64,000 bases of DNA from Tubiluchus corallicola (taxonomy: Eukaryota > Animalia > Priapulida), in the NCBI GenBank assembly GCA_030141605.1, contig JAQGDQ010000013.1, positions 1,316,447 to 1,380,446 of the forward strand, read 5' to 3'. Positions 12,701 through 24,719 of this stretch are shown piece after piece. How positions within the stretch are numbered: position 1 is the first letter of the stretch; each line of letters starts with the position of its first letter. The notes beneath the pieces are model-generated. The model did not search any database. It saw only the letters and a program-made list of their open reading frames with translations, and had not been told where the DNA came from. The position numbers were made by a program, and so were the translations under genes.

Positions 12701-15700
12701 TAACAACGTTGTCGTTCCTGTTCAAGATAAGTTTGTTTCTAGAAAAAGTAACTGACCTTTGAGACAGAGGAACTTGTCGCAAATGTTGCACATTTTCTAT
12801 CTTTTGTAACTGCTGTGCCTGTTGTTTCTGCCTTTGTTGTTGCTGCTGTTGATGTTGTTGTTGTTGCTGTAATCGTTGCTGCCGTGGAGAATACTGTTTT
12901 TGGAATTGCTGAGCTTCAGCCGGTGATATCAGATATTTTCTAGGTGGTAAGGCTTGGTGTGGTGCGAATGACTGCTGATACTGACCTGGCTGTACAAACC
13001 TAGGGGAGCGTAATTTTACTGTTCATTTGTTTTGACAAGGTACAAGAAAGTATGCAGGGTTCCCACAAAATTTTAGAATAAATTTCCCTGATTTTTCCAT
13101 GACTTTTCCCTGACCAAATATTGATTTTCCATGATGTAGATCAGCAGAAATCGCATTACCAGTATACATATTCAAACATTTTTGTGTATGGACGTTCATA
13201 CATATACTGGTATAAATGTGTAGGGGTCAATCAATACTTTTGGAACAGAAATCGAAACTGGGAGCCTGCCATAGCAAAATTTTACTTGAAAGACATGTTT
13301 GGAAAAATATCGGTTCACGGTGATTATTTTTGCAACCCTTTCCAATTTCCCCGACTTTTTGCCCCATTTTCATCATTTTTCCTGACTTTTTGCCAAATTA
13401 TCTTTTGCTCTGACTTATCCATGACTTCTCAGGACAGCATGTGTTTTCAAGGATTTTTCAGGATTTTCCCTGACCGTGGGAACCCTGAAAAGGTGTCAGT
13501 AGGGAAAGAGGAAAAATTTTTTTGAATGATTAAAGTTGAATCGTGTAAAATCAGTTGAAATCAAAATTATACTTTTTCTCCACCAGTACAATGAGCATTA
13601 CACAAAATGGCCACCCTGACCCAGAGTTAGCTGTGGAAAAACATGGCTACGTCTTGTATTCGCCAAAAGAGCGACATTATAATAATTATTGTTTTACGTT
13701 TTAAATTAAGGAACTAATTTATCACATAATACGGGTCAAGTAAGTATATGAACATACAAACAAAATATTACAAAATTCCCGGCCGGTGTGTGATAAAAAA
13801 AATCACCCGGGCGATTAGATGAAAACAAAAGTATTTTTATTGTGAGCCTTATTAGTGTGAATCCAACAAAAGAGATGAAACTATTCAACTTACCTAAATT
13901 CTTTGTTTGGTTGCACGTGGTGGGACCTGCTAGGTTCCATATCATTCTGTGGCAGCCTATTGATGGGCGGGGGTGGAAAGCGAGGGGGTGCAATGCTCAT
14001 TAACGGTCGTGCATGTGCTGGATTAGGTGGGGTATACAGCGACGTCGTTTGAATATCTGACTGATGTTGTGTGGGAGGATACATTGCAGCTGATGAAACT
14101 GTGCAGGATGGTCTACTGAATGAACCTACGAGTAAAAACAACAAAGATTATTCAATGTAAATATGCAAAATAAAACAAAAAAATTGAACAAGCCTTTTCA
14201 CAGTTTTATTATGCGCACGTGCGGCTGTTGTACATCAAAGGTTAAGCGTACCCGAGGACCGCGTCTCAACTACAACCGCCACGTGACGGATGGGTAAAGG
14301 AAAGCCGTCTGCCGCGTCAATTTAGTGCCTTCAAATGTTTTACGTGGACTTTACTTAATTATGCATTAGTGTGTGCATACAGTGACTTACTTGCAGAATT
14401 GTGCTTGGGAACAAAAAAATGAACTAGGTAAAGGGTCTAACTAGCTGTTAAAACTGTTACTATTACAAAAGCATGGGTTGCGAAGCATTGTCAAGTGTAC
14501 ACAAATGTGTTGTCTGGTTAACCTTTGACCTTTTCACGATCATCAACAATCGCTAAAACTGCGAAAAGGCTTATTGTAGATGAATAGTTACGAAATATGA
14601 ACTCATTAAAAGTATAGCATGCAACAACAAACAGTTCATAGAGCAACAAAATGTAAACATAATGGCGCGTTCAGACTGGAGAGTTTTGCACTAGAGAGCA
14701 AATATGAGCAAAATCTTGTGAGTGATTTTGCAGCAGCATTCAAACTAAAGAGCAACTATTCTCGGCAAGTTGCAGAGATTTTACATAAGATACCATTCTA
14801 GGAAATTGAGTTTTTGCAACGAATAAAGTCTGTTGCTTGCCTTTATTTGTTGCAAGAAGTGTCAAAAGCTGCTGACAGTAAACTCATGGAGATGTACAAA
14901 TTAAACAGCAAATAGACTCACAAGTGTCAGAAAGTAGATAATTTCTTCAAAACAGTAATTCACGAAACAGTTTAGATCAACAAGTTTGCTGCAAGACAGA
15001 AAACTCTCCAGTTTAAACAAGGCTTAATGCCTCGCATTTGTTGCCATTCACTAATATTGCATTTTGGCAACTATTTCAAGTATTGTGATACTCACGAGAT
15101 GCAATACATATTAGAGAAATGAGTTTTACAGTTATCAAAGCAAATCAGTACACAAACTTTTGTGGTGCTATTGAACTTCACCAACATTGCGTTGCATATA
15201 CAAATATTGATGTTAGTATGTTCTTTCACTGCAATGCGTGAAGTTGAAAACAAAATCTGAAAAGAGTGAAAATCTCACCCATATAACTTTCATGTCCGAC
15301 GTTGGCAGGTCCGAATCTTTGGCTGGCAGCACCTGCTCCGGGAGCACCCACAAATGTAGGTGGCGCTGGCTGATGCAGCTGCTGCAACTGTTGCACCCCC
15401 TGATGCAAAAAATTCCTTACCTGTTGCTGCTGTAGTAAATTAACCTGCAAAAATATAATTGTTAAACAACACTGATTAAATTCTTTAAATTTGCTCAAAT
15501 TTTGCATTTGAAAAATAGCAGGTAACTGATAAAGATTAGGAAAGATGTCCAGCAAGCTTATAATACTTTCCTTACATTAACTTCAAGTTAGGTGAAAACT
15601 TTTACACTATTTACAATAAACAAAAGACTATCTACTAGCCCAATATAACGAAAGCTGTATCACAGTACATAATTACAGATAAATGGTCTTGTTTTGCTAC

Positions 15701-18700
15701 TAATCACATTCAAAGTAGAAACATTTTGATTATTTTTCAAAATAATAGCATTTTTTCTCAACATTAATCCTACACTATCAAAATAAATATTGTTGGATCT
15801 CACAGTGTGACAGACGGCAAAGGGGAGCAGATCTGTTGGCAACACTTTTTACCAATGATTATATTTTTCAGATTACTGCAGTACAAAAAAATTTTGCAGC
15901 AATTTTTTTTGTTCAACAACAGATTTCTACACAGATGTTAAAGAACCAAACTATATGAAATTTTAGAATTTTACAATCTGTAAGGTGTTCAAACAGTATT
16001 AAAACAGCCTCGAGTGCATTATAGACAACACAACTTTAAATTCGCAGACTATACACAGAGTGATAAACTGCCAGTCCACAATGGCAAGTATAAACAATGG
16101 CTGCATTAAGCACAAAACAATTTTAGAATCATAAGCTAAATTTGCAAGTGTTTCCAAAACAATTCAAGTTTTGAAGTGTTTCAATAGTAGCTAGTATTTC
16201 GGACGACAGTAAAATTCACTGTTCAAAATATAAATTTTGTCAAAAAACATCAATGTTAACAGAAAACGTTATTACTGCGTATGCAGAACACACTTTCACT
16301 AAAGTTAGAAAAGATAGGTGGAATTCTATTGTAGAAATCTATTCCGAAATTTCTTATCAGTGGTTTTGTTATTTTTAACTCAAGCTAGATCTGTTTGTAA
16401 TGTTTATAATTTCACATGGTCAAAATTTGTTCTGCAATATTTGTCAATGAATTGGAGACCAAACTGCCAAAAATGTACATAGGTGTGTGCAGTTGAATTT
16501 CAAACTAGGAAAAATCATCATCAGTTTTCTCTTTTGTTCACTTGTGACAAATATACGAATACCTGAGCAAGAAGATCCTGATTAGTGAAGCTTACTCCTC
16601 GCAGACCGCCTTCTTGATCCGGCATATGTCGCAAAAGTGGCGGCTTAGCTAAGGCAAATAAAAACTAAATTTTAAACAAAGTTTTGACAGCTTACCATAG
16701 ACTTTCTAACTACTGCAGTGAAAGAGCCACAATGATACTTCATAGTATAATGAAATGTCAATGACTGAAATTCATAAAAATTCATATGTTTAAAAGACAC
16801 ATAATTCAATACTGCAAAAGAGGTAACAACATCAACGACATCACTATTTACTACTAATTTTTCTACGCAAGTGAAGTTAAAGGGCTCTACAAAATGCTAA
16901 GTAAGGTATAGTGATTTCAATCTCTTTGTGTCAACTGATATTTTTTAGTTTAATTTTTATTGCATTTCAACTTCTCTGACAATGGTAAAAATAAGTAGTC
17001 AGTGTGTGCTTAGTCACAAATATTAAGCGATGCTTAGGTGGTCAGTAAGGAAATGTGTGCCAGTGACAAAAGCTGCATTTGGGTTGATTCTTCATAACGG
17101 CATAGCATAAGCATAATGCCATAAGCATTTGCTATGCCATTGCAGCATAGTAAGACTTGCCGTTGAGTCGTGGCTAATTTATATATGAAACACACACTTA
17201 TAAAATCGTAAATTCACTGTAGACGTTTTCCATATTAGCAAAGCGCACCTGCAGATGTTCCCTGGTCAACGTGCCGACTTTTGATAAAATTTGGATTTAT
17301 GAAAACAGTTCCTCGCGGTTCCACTGGATTAGGGAGCAAAGGCTCTCCTTTCCTCATCGAGCCAAAATGAGTTTGCAACTGCTGTTGAAAATGTAGTTTC
17401 TCTTCATTAGTAACAGTTGATCGTGGATGAAAATGTTGCTGTTGTTGTTGTTGCAGTGGTAGTTGCATCGGATATTGTAGCGGCTGTCTCGGGTAATTCT
17501 GGAAGGGTCTCCTACCACCACGACTGTAAGACGATTGATTTCTAGCATTCCTTCTTGCATTTCTATAATTTCCAAAAGCCTTTCGGCCTTCTGCAAAAGC
17601 TTTTTTATTCATTTCAGTTTTAGGAACATCAACTTTATCCAGCGAGTCTGGAATGCTTCTAACGACGTTGCTCGAAGATGAAACGTCCTTTCTTTCAGAT
17701 CGAAAACGATCTCTCGAGTGTCGTTCTTCCTCTTCGTCATCATCTTCATCCTCCATTTCTTCTTCATCGCCACCTTCTCCCTATGGTGCAAAACACACTT
17801 CACTTCAGTAACTCAGTTTAATCATTTACATGAATTTTAGTGTAAGAATAAATGGCACATATCTTCAGAAAACCGCTGAAGATAAACACTATAAACATAA
17901 AATTTACATATTTAAAAAAGAGCTTATGTCATATTGAGGCATAAAAATTATTTAAGATATCAACAAAATTTAAATGTACACTCATCATTACGTTTGCTAA
18001 ATGACTAACACTGCCAAATTACACAATTTCTTAAAAAAACAAAAAAATTATACTACCTCATCTTGACTAATTTGAATATCTTGCTGCTCATGCAACTGCA
18101 CATTATATGCTTGGCTTTCTCTGTCTGGGATTTCTAAAATAAATATTTAGCGTTATTGAACTTATCACTGACCAAACACATTTTAAATCCACACTGTAAT
18201 CTTACTATGTGCAGAGTCACGGTACTAGCAGAGCAGTGCAAAACATAAATTTAAAAAGTTCAACCATTTTTATGAACGAATGTCAGTTGAGAAATTAAAG
18301 CAAGGGTTGTTAAATGCAGATTAGTTTTTACAGAACTGCAGACTATTACATAATATTATTACAGTGGCCGCCGCTTATTGTGGACACCTCGGGCCAGCAG
18401 TGTATGTCCATATTAAGCGGCTGTCCATATTAAGCGAAGTGACCCATGAAGACCCTTCCCCTTCATTAAAAAAGGCAAAAAACTGTCTGTATCAACTCGT
18501 CTCCTGTTTTATTGAAAAAAAGAAGTCAGACGAGTTTGTTTGGCAGGAAACTTTTCTCTCAACCTTGAACGGAAGGAAGTTATCACAGTTTCGAAGCTCT
18601 CAATGTTGAGACCGTTCTGCCTGTGGCTTCGCTCCAGCACCTCAAGGGCGGCCCTCATTTCTTTCGACGAGACAACAGGCTTCGCTTCTTCCTCATCGTC

Positions 18701-21700
18701 GTCTTCTTCGGAATCTTCAACTTCGGTTTTTGCTGCAGCAACGCGTTGCGCCAGGTCATGCGTCATCTCTTCACTCGTCCTCTCTTCAGCAATTTCTGCG
18801 TCGTCGTCGACTGCCACCCAACCTTCACGGGCCACGGCAAACGGCGAACTGACTGGATGCAATGACTCACACAGGCAGCAGAGCGGGAAGCTCTTTTCAA
18901 TCACGCGCGCAGGCCGTGGTTGGCACGGCTGGTTCACGTGCCAAGAATGTTCGCTGTCCATATTAACCGGCGGATTTTATTAGGGGAAAATTCCGTCCCT
19001 CGCGAGTTGTCCACAATAACCGGCTGTCCACAATAACCGTGTCCATAATAAGCGGCGGCCACTGTATATTATATTATCAGACACGATACACATCACACTT
19101 AACTTTTCAGATATAACACACCTAAATTTAATGTGCGAGATGATAACTAAAGCTATAAGTGCCACTTTGCCGCCTTGTACTCACTGGTTCACTAATACTT
19201 GCTTGGCACATAGCTCCACAAGACTCAATTCACTAACTATACCTAACCGCTCTGTAGTTAGTACAAATAATAGTAATGTCTGTATGTAGTGGGGCTGTGC
19301 CTACTAGTAACTTGGTGTAAATGCTATTCCAATATAAAAAGCAACTCAAAATTAATGTAACATCAGAGTTGTTATTGTTGTTGGCATCCTTCAGTCTCGG
19401 GAGACAATGGATTGTGCGCTAAGAGAGTCAGTTATTGATCACACTGATGGAGCTGCAGCGTCGACTGTGGCTAAGCAGTCCGATGCTTGAATCACTGGAG
19501 TGGCCTCTCTAGAGCGCATGCCTAGGCAAGGTGTATGGAGATCCTGAGTTGCCCAGACAACAGGAACCCCCTCTCTTCCTTCCTGGTGTAGTCCGAAGGA
19601 AAGCGGAACGATACGTTTGGCACCAGGTTGGCTGCAGGAGCTGCCGGAGTAAGTGAGCATTCTGCATTGGTCCGCCTTCTGGGCTCCCAATTAGAGTAAC
19701 GTCATAGAAATTATGCATCCTAAGAAACAGGCATCCCGGTATGAATGAGACATACATCAAGATCATTTTTCTAATAATACATTTTCTCACCTGAAGATTC
19801 AAGTAATTCATCTTCATTTAAACCAAGATCAACAACATCAGCATCTGGTTCAATATCCTCCTCATGCTGACTATACCTAAACAAAAATATAATTTAAAAA
19901 ATAATATGTTGTGTGATATTAAATGATGATAAAGAATAAAACAATCACTAATCAAGCACAGAAGATAATAAAACACAAAAAGTTAAGAAACTGCAAAAGA
20001 AAAATAATGTTCACAAAAAATAGAAAACTTGCTAACAGTAATAATACTAATTATGTTACGTATTCACAAGGGTTTGATTAATTTCCTTACTTATCGAAGA
20101 ATTAAAAATAAAAACTTTTCTGTATGCTGGCAGTCAGTTACTAATCATCAGCCATTTGTCATCAACCAATATGGCACATAAACTTTCTTGTCCGAGAAAT
20201 ACAATCACGAAATAAAAACAGCAAGTAAGCAAAACATCTTACAATGAATTTGATTGGTAATCTTCTCCTATTCCCAGAAGAGCGTTTTCATCCAGTTCAT
20301 CATCTTCTAGATACTCAGACTTTATGTAACCATCCAACAGTTCATCTTCACTAAAATTAAAAGCTATTTCGGTTCAATTTGCATTTATTTATCTGATAAA
20401 ACAAGCTTACATATAACAAAGTATTACTAATGATAAAGAGTTAAGAAGAGAGACGGGGGCCTTCTGGTCGCCGAGTGTCCACCCCTTACTCAAATTAGCA
20501 TTCTAACAGTTTTAGAACGAATGAGTTGCACGACTAAAAAAGAATGCACATGTTTATAAATGAAATTATAAAGCATTTTTATTTTCCAATAAATAAATCA
20601 GAAAACAATAATTTAGGGAACTAATCCTAATCATATATTAACTGAAAAAGGCGGTTATATTGCATAAAAGAAAGCATCCTATTGTTGTAAAAATTGTAGT
20701 TACTTAGAGGCATAAGCACTTAAAAAATCCTGCCGAAAGGTATGGCTTCCATACTAATGAAATTGGGTCTCAGAGTTGCAGTCTCCCCAAAACCAATCTA
20801 CTAGCAGTAGCTTCCTTAGATACCACATTGTTTCTGTGATGCCAAATTAGTAAACAATGCTATACAATGAAATGTGACACGTGGTAACCAAACGCAAATG
20901 CAAAGGACTGAATTTTGCTGGCATCATCTAATGAGTAAAATGTGCGAAATCAAGTTCTAGTAATGGGCGATTTTGAAATTTTTTAATTCGATTATAATCT
21001 TGTTCTTGTAATTCGATATCACGATTAATCTTTTGTGACAATTCTTAGCGTTTTAGCCATATTTTTCAATGAATACAGTTAAATATAGCCTATAACATCT
21101 TCACAGCTTCATCGTTGCCAGCCATTTTTCTACTCGCAAGATATTTTTATAAGCACTGCTGCTTTTTCGTTAAATACTCTATGAGTACATCACTACATGC
21201 GTCACATGTCAATGAATTTGAAGTCCACTGTCTGCAACACTGTGGTTCACAATTGTGTGCATTGGTGGAAGACAAGAAAAATGAAGAAAAAACGAAGAGA
21301 TTCGGTTTATTTGTGCTAACATACTTTCTTCTAGTTAGTGTGTAACATGTATATTTTGCCCTTGATTAATTGAATTACTGTTCAATCATCGAATAAATCA
21401 ATTTGTACATGGTTGGTAATCGCGATGAATTCAATTAATTTATTAATCGCCCATCACTATCAAGTTCCAAAATTTCCCCAGAAATGACACCTTCTTCTGC
21501 TTATATAAACCACCAAGAGTAAAGTTTAAAGTATCAAAACCTCTTATTTAGAGCATTTTCTTTCTGTTTTTTTTGTGTGAAAAAATGAAACTTCATAAAG
21601 CACGCTGTATTTGACCTTTAAATTGTTTCAAAATTACTTCGATGATGGCAGTCTTGCATTAGAATTTTTCCGAACAATTACTTGACTTCATGACATAGCT

Positions 21701-21777
21701 AATAGCAAATATAACAGCTAAAGTAATTTAGTTAATTACCTATCCCAAGAAGATTCCCCTGGTCGTTTTGCACTCAT
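3735..21777 (-). CDS. RBM33: RNA-binding protein 33-like (acidic N-terminus, Q/P-rich low complexity, coiled coil, C-terminal RRM); 17 coding exons
   Basis: Phase-consistent GT-AG exons: 21777-21740, 20350-20243, 19876-19791, 18133-18057, 17780-17249, 16648-16563, 15444-15279, 14125-13894, 12999-12757, 12235-12052, 10735-10541, 9714-9493, 8780-8091, 6400-6266, 5662-5531, 4891-4803, 3777-3735 (TGA). Motifs resembling RBM33 as I recall it: MSAKRPGESSWDSEDELL, DRFRSERK..RSIPDSLD, VFINPNF, DDEEMKEYKLKLKAQALQRKMVQIRKERRRQ, and RRM TVFISEIP...AQVVFTSSTEASSFVHKFNRTRIAEMVINVSLM*. Confidence 0.8.
4591..4798. repeat. near-perfect tandem duplication of about 103 bp
   Basis: CCTTCACAAAGTCGATAATC...CAAGAGTAGCC occurs at 4591 and again at 4694. 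Confidence 0.93.
5198..5352. repeat. interspersed ~155-bp repeat; inverted copy at about 60863-61019
   Basis: GGCTTCACTGCACAGAATAGACC...CACCATCCAAGG is the reverse complement of 60863-61019 with few mismatches. Confidence 0.9.
6673..7050. mobile_element. hAT-like MITE, left part (same family as 22923-23692)
   Basis: Starts GAGGGATGTTACCGAAA, has TTCGG/CCGAA subterminal motifs, and aligns for about 350 bp with 22923 onward. Confidence 0.65.
7085..7582. mobile_element. pogo/Tigger-like MITE
   Basis: TA|CAGT...ACTG|TA ends; imperfect TIRs CAGTCATTTCCCCGTTGTCGACC and CAGTAGTACTTCTGTTTTCGACC. Confidence 0.7.
8498..8600 (-). repeat. coding 24-bp repeat (SDQRFGVV-like x4) within an RBM33 exon
   Basis: AACCGCTGATCACTG recurs with period 24; translation VDSDQRFGVASDQRLGVVSDQRFGVVSDQRFG. 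Confidence 0.85.
9836..10440. mobile_element. Tigger-like element remnant (left end only)
   Basis: TA|CAGTAAATACTCGCTTAA start with repeated TTAACGAC motifs; I could not find the right TIR. Confidence 0.4.
13055..13487. mobile_element. hAT-like MITE
   Basis: Perfect TIR CAGGGTTCCCAC / GTGGGAACCCTG; TTTCCCTGA subterminal repeats; degenerate 8-bp flanks AAAGTATG / AAAAGGTG. Confidence 0.8.
14193..14570. repeat. interspersed repeat shared with about 41600-41985
   Basis: Shared blocks such as GACTTTACTTAATTATGCATTAGT and AAAAAATGAACTAGGTAA...CTAGCTGTTAAAA. Confidence 0.8.
14663..15024. mobile_element. PIF/Harbinger-like MITE
   Basis: TIRs TGGCGCGTTCAGACTGGAGAGTTT / AAACTCTCCAGTTTAAACAAGGCT, flanked by TAA on both sides (3-bp TSD). 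Confidence 0.7.
18362..19064 (-). mobile_element. pogo/Tigger internal-deletion derivative retaining the transposase C-terminus
   Basis: TA|CAGTGGCCGCCGCTTAT...ATAAGCGGCGGCCACTG|TA near-perfect TIRs and TA TSD. GC-rich relative to the host. ORF 18961-18509 ends with an acidic tract, VSSKEMRAALEVLE and KQTRLTSFF, typical of Tigger C-termini. Confidence 0.92.
19369..19688 (-). mobile_element. bipartite RTE-LINE-derived SINE (5' leader fused to 3' end)
   Basis: Minus-strand 3' end TCTCCCGAGACTGAAGGATGCC plus (AAC)n tail; CTCCATACACCTTGCCTAGG resembles the BovA/RTE 5' motif; degenerate 19-bp TSD at 19350-19368 and 19689-19707; second copy at 50001. Confidence 0.75.
20958..21459. mobile_element. 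hAT MITE with perfect 8-bp TSD
   Basis: TIR TAGTAATGGGCGATT / AATCGCCCATCACTA; TSD TCAAGTTC at 20950-20957 and 21460-21467. Confidence 0.9.
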
Positions 21778-22922
21778 CGAGTCTCTGTTGCACAGCTAAT
21801 TTGTCTGAAACAAAAAAACTAAATATGATAAAAAACACAATCCTATAACTTACTAAATAATACTTTTTCTCATCATTTAATTTCAACACCTTGTTATTTT
21901 TCTTTAGAGAGTTTGGTATATAACAAGCTGGTATCCTGGTAACGAACAGATTCTTATCATAATGAGAGTTGTAGCAGGACCAGTACCCATCACATTATCA
22001 AGAATAGTTTTTTAGATCAGTTATTGCTCTAGGAGAGACGTGACTTGATCAAGATAAGGTTTATATTCATATTTCTTCAAAAACGGCAAACAGCCAGATC
22101 AGTATAGCACACAAAATGAACCAAAGCGATTTTTCTGTCCATCACATCTATTTATTTATTGCTTAAATTGAATTGTTTAAGCAAACACAGTGAGTCAGTC
22201 ATCACTTTGTTAAAACATTAACAATAATAATTAATAAAAAAGGATTAACAATAAATAAAGAACAATGTAAGGCAACAAGTTAAATAATATCCCTTTCTCC
22301 AATAGCCTTACTCTGTTATTGAATTTTAAACTGCTGGCCAAATATTTAACTAACTTTATTACAAGTTTGGGAGTGACAACATTAGAGTGATTGAGTTTTT
22401 ACGATACTCTGGAGATTATACTTCTGTAAATCGGTTGTGTGACCTACAGAATCAATTTACAATCTAATTTAAAAAAATGATGGGTTTCCTTTTCCTTACA
22501 AAATGTAATTATCTGATAGATATTAGCTACTTCAAGGATATTAGCTACAATGTACCAAGTTTTTCATGCATATGCAGGAAACAGGCTGTTTTTGACTCAA
22601 AATGCTGCTATTAATAACTTGCTGTACAACACTGATACAATTTTTGGATCGAACATTTTTAAGTCACGGATTGTAGTAGTGGCAAAGAACTTTATTTACC
22701 CATTCTAACTAACTCTTTCTTGTCCATAAGCTTACTATGTTTCTGTAAGTTAACTCTGTGTTTTCACATGTGCCTTATTTTTATTATTATTCTATGGACT
22801 GCAAATGCCTGAAATAATGTAAATAATAATATAATAATAAGGAAAGCAGACTAAGTGACCATTGATTTTTCGCATTTCTGTCCATTGAATAAACTTTAAT
22901 AAATTATTCTCTGTACTATTAC

Positions 22923-23692
22923 GAGGGGTGTTACCAAAACGAATTTTTCATTTCGGTTTGCCGATAATTTCACTTGGTTTTAAGTTTCAACGTCAGCGAA
23001 AATTATTAAATTTCACAGCCAAAATTTCGGATAATTTTCGGTAGCATTTTCCAAGGTTTTACTGGCATTTATCTAATTTATCTTTTCTTTTCTGCTACAT
23101 GTCAAAAACTGGTAAAAAAAATGAAGCAAAGATTTCATTTACATAACAGTTTGTGATGCGCTTTTACTGACAATACAGCGCATCTTCAGTGCTGACGAAA
23201 CCCTGTGAAGTTTTAGGGTCTCCAAGGCCCAATCAGCCGAAATATCACATCACGTTTGAATTTAATTGAGCAAAATCACCTTTAGTTTTATAATCTATGA
23301 AATATAGACAACAAAATATCTATAAAATAAAATTCGTTTGTTTTTAATAAAACATTATGATTTTTAAACATTAATTGTTAAGGATAATTAAATCCAAAAA
23401 CATTATTATAACACATTTTCTAAGATAAGCAACTCCATCAAACTTGAGGTTCTGTAGTATAAAACTTCTTTGCCCTTTTTGTATTAGAACTTTTTACCAG
23501 TAATTTTTCATCACTGCAAAGAAAAGCAAACAAACAAAAAACAAAATATTTTACCTATTTTAGAATTTTCTTTTTCTTTCAGTTTTAATAGTAGTTGGCT
23601 TTGCAAAAATGTTTCGGTTCGGTTTCGTTTCGGTTTCCTGTGTTTTATAAATTTCGCTTTCGATGTGTAAATTTAGTTTCAGTAACACCCAA
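22923..23692. mobile_element. hAT-like MITE
   Basis: GGGGTGTTACCAAAAC...GTTTCAGTAACACCC inverted ends, TTTCGG subterminal repeats, homologous to the 6673 element. Confidence 0.75.
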
Positions 23693-23897
23693 CGCACTGG
23701 AAAAGTTTCATATATATATATATCACAAACTGGAAAACCATATATCGGGTACCTCATCCTTAAAATTTATCAGGGAAAGCCAAGAAAAATGATAAAGTCC
23801 GGATGACAGGTGCCAACTTACAATAGCCGTACCAAATAAATATTAAGTATACGATTTATTGTTCATTGAAACGTACTTTATTCCTCCTACACTACCG

Positions 23898-24719
23898 TAA
23901 GGCCTCCGGTTTTCCGAGATCGCGGAAAACGGACTGAATTCACGGAAATGGGCAACTCAAACGAAAATAGCTACTTAAAACAGAATTGGCCCGATTCCTG
24001 ATTTGTTGTAAATTTAATGCTTACTAGAGACGAAATTACTTCACTTTTTACTTTCCCGCAAATTTAAGCAGTTTTGTCAGGTTTTTGAAGGTCTTGCTAG
24101 AAGCTTTCCCTTGATATTTACTTTTAATGCAACTTGCACAACTACTAAGTCTCTTCTCCGTTTTTTTGGATTTCCCACAAGAAATACAGAAATCTTTAGC
24201 TTGAGCGAATAGAAAACAAAAACATGCATGAAAAGGTTTCCCACTTTCAAACAGCACGTGGCCACGGCTTTGAAGTTCTATAATTAAATTTATTTTTAAA
24301 ACTTATTTGAACTTTATTCCTTTAACTAGTTAAGTCTATTTAGTTGTTTTAAAATGGGCGATGGAGGTGGTGTGGTGCGAAAGAAAACAAAACGATCTGC
24401 GCCAGTTGTGCGTGTTACTGCTGGGGAAAGAGCCAGGCAATTTTCCAACGATTTATATGAAGATTCTGTCTGGCGTATTGTTTCAAAAATGCAAAATAAA
24501 TGTTGATGTTCTTATGTACATGTAAAGCCATAAAAATATCTGGTAGACTATATGCTTACTTCATATCAATTTTTTTATTTACAATATACCGCATATTACA
24601 TAATTTGATGACAAATATTAACTATAAGGGCATCCCAACTTCAAATTTCTGTGAAGCGGATGTGACAATTCTTTGAAATGGAATTTGGTCAATTCTGAAA
24701 AGGAAAATCGAAAGCCCTA
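23898..24719 (+). mobile_element. hAT-like deletion derivative with a CGGBP1-like N-terminal transposase remnant
   Basis: Ends TAAGGCCTCCGGTTTTCC / GGAAAATCGAAAGCCCTA; CGGAA subterminal motifs; ATG near 24354 reads MGDGGGVVRKKTKRSAPVVRVTAGERARQFSNDLYED. Confidence 0.6.

Noticed and set aside
23150-23230. Hammerhead-like CTGAAGA / CTGACGA plus hairpin inside the hAT MITE (also 6910-6985)
   Set aside because: No properly placed GAAA, cleavage triplet or stem I, and the hairpin is not preserved in the second copy.
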